DNA of 64,000 nt from Promethearchaeota archaeon (GTDB lineage: Archaea > Asgardarchaeota > Thorarchaeia > Thorarchaeales > Thorarchaeaceae): contig WJMJ01000123.1 of the NCBI GenBank assembly GCA_014728035.1, positions 1-64,000 of the forward strand. Reading direction: 5' to 3'. How positions within the stretch are numbered: position 1 is the stretch's first letter; each line of letters starts with the position of its first letter. The notes under the pieces are model-generated. The model saw nothing but the letters and a program-made list of their open reading frames with translations. It was not told the DNA's origin and did not search any database. The position numbers were made by a program, and so were the translations under genes. Shown one piece after another: positions 60,979-64,000 of the stretch.

Positions 60979-62334
60979 GTGATGAAATTGCACGCCTCAA
61001 GAAATCTTACTCTCGTTTGGATTATTTCGTTATTGCTGTTACCTGCTGTTCTGGCACCAACAGTAGCTGCTTACACACCTGGTGATGAAGCAGAAATTTT
61101 CGGTCACAGCTTTTCGGAAGAATATTGGACGAATGACTCGATAATTGTATCAAATGAGGATACAGGAAATGAAGCTAGTCTGACTGCATCTTATGTCGGT
61201 GTCGGAGATTTTCAAGCTTTCCTGATTGCTTTCAATAACATTAGCACCGGTGATGATGTGTTACAATTGCCGTATCAGCTTTTTGGAATGCATTATCTTA
61301 CACCTGAAAATCAGGAAGTCTTCATTGGTGCCATTTTTGCCTTCTTATTGGTTCATAACGAGTCTTATGGGAACAATAATCTTCCTGATGTTGGGAATGA
61401 GAACGCATGGTACATTGTTCCATTTACACGGAATCTTCCATGGGCTGATGTAAATCCTACAGTTGAAGCTATTCCTACAACAAAACTTGGAGATAACCAT
61501 TATCGTTTTGGAATGCGATACAACAATATGACTGCAAAGATTGTGAATAGTAATGGTACCTTTCTAGACTATTTGCTAGCACCTTTCATGACTGTACTCT
61601 TCTCTGAATTTGTTGTTGAATATGATATTGTGATAAATGAAGATGGCACAGTTAATGCAGAAACGCTATACACGATTGGCCAAGTACAACGTGTTAGAAT
61701 TGGTCTTATTGATGAGACCCCTACTGATGTGATATCTGATTCGATGTGCATTTCTGCAGTGCATTACCTCTCGATTTTCACTTCTGAGTATAACGTAACT
61801 CGAACATCAAGTGGAAATACTATCGAACCTCCAACAAGCACTAATCCAATTGATGATAACATCACCATTACAATTGGAAACAACACACAACGTGCATTTG
61901 ATATTGGGATGGGGCGAGAGTACGCACTCTTGAATGAGTCCACAACTCCTTGGGATATTATCTTAGAGTCTGAAAATGCTCTAAATTCTCTGCTTGGAGC
62001 GAGAAGGAGTGATTTCTTCCTAATCTCTTGGCAGGCACCCATGTCAGCTTGGCTATTCTCCCACATGGCTTATGGTCTCTCGCGACAGGTTCGCAGAACA
62101 TACAACAGTGTAAATAATCTTGTGAGAAATTCAGCTGCTGCATTTCACGATAGCCAATGGTGGTATGCTGTGACATTTCCTGAATGGAATGGATATCGTA
62201 TTCAACAAGATCCTGTTTATACTGCATATACCAATCTTTCTGAAGATGTGTCTGGTGGCAGAACCGGATTCCTTCTTATTGCTGTTGGCATAATAGCTTT
62301 ACTAGCAATTGCTGTTGTTGTAAAACGAAGATAA
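60979..62334 (+). CDS. Exported cell-surface glycoprotein
   Basis: Signal peptide, many N-x-S/T sequons, QDP motif, C-terminal TM plus KRR. Confidence 0.75.
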   Translation: MMKLHASRNLTLVWIISLLLLPAVLAPTVAAYTPGDEAEIFGHSFSEEYWTNDSIIVSNEDTGNEASLTASYVGVGDFQAFLIAFNNISTGDDVLQLPYQLFGMHYLTPENQEVFIGAIFAFLLVHNESYGNNNLPDVGNENAWYIVPFTRNLPWADVNPTVEAIPTTKLGDNHYRFGMRYNNMTAKIVNSNGTFLDYLLAPFMTVLFSEFVVEYDIVINEDGTVNAETLYTIGQVQRVRIGLIDETPTDVISDSMCISAVHYLSIFTSEYNVTRTSSGNTIEPPTSTNPIDDNITITIGNNTQRAFDIGMGREYALLNESTTPWDIILESENALNSLLGARRSDFFLISWQAPMSAWLFSHMAYGLSRQVRRTYNSVNNLVRNSAAAFHDSQWWYAVTFPEWNGYRIQQDPVYTAYTNLSEDVSGGRTGFLLIAVGIIALLAIAVVVKRR

Positions 62335-62340
62335 GTTATC

Positions 62341-62381
62341 ATTTCCCGGCCAGTTTCTGGTTGGGAAATTATTCTTTTTTT
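62341..62381 (+). terminator. Hairpin plus T-tract
   Basis: ATTTCCCGGCCAG-TTT-CTGGTTGGGAAAT then T-run. Confidence 0.55.
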
Positions 62382-62439
62382 GAAATGCGGGTAATTTATG
62401 AGAGCTGATAGTACATGAAATTTTGAGGAAAATTCAGAT

Positions 62440-63969
62440 ATGTACGAACGGGTCTGTCAGTTCTCAAGTAGACTTCCAATTATTGGCAAATTTGGACCGC
62501 GTTATGAGGATAGGGATCTAACTAAAGCAGTAACATTTGTCCAACCAATGATGAAAATATCTGTAGCTGGTGTAGTATCTGCAGCGTATTTCTCGGGTTT
62601 GTTATCTTTTATTCTACTGTTTCTGCTGTTATTTTTACTAGGAACGGACCTGCTCGTCATATTCCCTCTTGCTTTCATTACAGCTATCATTACCTATTAT
62701 GTCATTATCAGTTATCCTGTTTCAGTGATGAATCGCTATAGATTAACTCTATCTGAGGAAGCAGATTTACTCTTTGAACAGTTTATTCTAGTATTTGAGG
62801 CCGGTGGTACAATCTTTGATGCAATTGAGATTGTAGCACAATCAAATCATGAGTATATATCTAATGCATTTCAAGAGATTCTTGGGAAAATTGACCAAGG
62901 AATCCCTCCTGAGGAATGTTTGAGTGAATTCGCTAAGAATCAACCTTCGGATGATCTGAGACGATACATTATGGCTATTCTCTCAGCATTAGAAAAGAAA
63001 ACCGATTTGTTACAAATGCTTTCAGGAGAGTCTTTTGAGGCAGACCTAAGTCTTCGACAAAAAAATCTTGAACTTGAGAGTCGATTATTGATAGTTGCAG
63101 CATTAATCACATATGTTCCGATTATGTTCACATTAGCAGCGTCCCTTGCTGGATGGGCAACTAATCCAGCGATACTTGTGGTAGTTCCATTATTTATCTT
63201 GTTGAATATCATCCTGCGATCTCGTTTTTCGAATCAATTCTCAGCATATTTTGATAGACCTAGAAATCCGGAATTAGTTGGTCCTACTCAAAAAGAGATT
63301 CTAGAAGAATACGAGGAGTTTCTGAATTTTATGATGTTGTTGGGTGAACGCATGAGTAATGGTGATACTTTGGAAGTAGCACTTTCTGAAGTCAGAGATG
63401 ATGTTGATGTTGAGGTTCAGCGACTGATTGATCCTGCAATTCATTCTATCTATGGAGAAGAACAAGATATCCATACCGCAATGAAGAAGGCGTCTGAGCA
63501 AGCTTTAGGGGAGCGAGTTTCAAATATGATTCTCATGGTTTCACGAATGACCGAAGTATCTTCTATTGAGGCAGGTGAGAGAATCACCAGAATTGCAGCT
63601 CGTCTTGTTGAAAGATCTGCAGTTGCGAAAGAACGTGATAGTATAATAGCTGCTCAAAAAATGAAAGTATACCTACTAACATTGACTAGTTCTATAGTCT
63701 TGGGGCTATTAGTTTCTTTAGCACCATTTCTTTCGATTGGATCACTTCTATCATCTGGACCCATGTGGTCTCCATCACTCGTTTCATATGTGGATATTCT
63801 TCCTTTGTATCTTTCACTGGGGATAATCTCTCTCTCTTCGGGTTATCAAAACACATTGATGGTTTCTGGTAACCGTCCTAAAGTATTTGGAATCGTTTGC
63901 ATGTTGTTGTTTTGGATAACCGCTGCATTGACATCTAGTTTTCTAGGGCTTGATTACAGTTGGCAATAG
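62440..63969 (+). CDS. T2SS-F/TadBC-like pilus platform membrane protein (two fused domains)
   Basis: AGGTIFDAIE...ISNAFQEI..I..GIPPEE.L and a second GDTLEVAL domain, each followed by TM helices. Confidence 0.78.
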   Translation: MYERVCQFSSRLPIIGKFGPRYEDRDLTKAVTFVQPMMKISVAGVVSAAYFSGLLSFILLFLLLFLLGTDLLVIFPLAFITAIITYYVIISYPVSVMNRYRLTLSEEADLLFEQFILVFEAGGTIFDAIEIVAQSNHEYISNAFQEILGKIDQGIPPEECLSEFAKNQPSDDLRRYIMAILSALEKKTDLLQMLSGESFEADLSLRQKNLELESRLLIVAALITYVPIMFTLAASLAGWATNPAILVVVPLFILLNIILRSRFSNQFSAYFDRPRNPELVGPTQKEILEEYEEFLNFMMLLGERMSNGDTLEVALSEVRDDVDVEVQRLIDPAIHSIYGEEQDIHTAMKKASEQALGERVSNMILMVSRMTEVSSIEAGERITRIAARLVERSAVAKERDSIIAAQKMKVYLLTLTSSIVLGLLVSLAPFLSIGSLLSSGPMWSPSLVSYVDILPLYLSLGIISLSSGYQNTLMVSGNRPKVFGIVCMLLFWITAALTSSFLGLDYSWQ

Positions 63970-64000
63970 TTTTTATTACACCAAGTAATTGAAAGCTGTA

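Noticed and set aside
1-64000. Integrated mobile element or defence island
   Set aside because: No integrase, transposase, att-type repeats or recognisable defence operon seen.

Overview
Gene-dense archaeal chromosomal segment, most likely from an Asgard archaeon (Thorarchaeia-like). This is inferred from archaeal markers (mer, GAN/RecJ, COG1202 helicase, EndoQ, NreA, DUF131), TATA-type promoters, and several eukaryote-like proteins (TMEM258/OST5-like, PRMT-like, Vps28-CTD-like, LRR). About 60 CDSs; no rRNA, tRNA, CRISPR array or intact mobile element was seen. DNA repair genes are abundant, including an unusual uvrB-uvrA-uvrA-uvrC cluster with two full-length, translationally coupled UvrA paralogues. 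Items missed or mis-called by the ORF track: two Asp/Glu/Trp-rich microproteins (29 and 31 aa, both ending DDW) flanking a very basic ChrB-N/PaaX/Cas2-like gene, and two structured intergenic RNA candidates (about 35-125 and 7503-7690). All family calls come from motifs recognised by eye, not from database searches.
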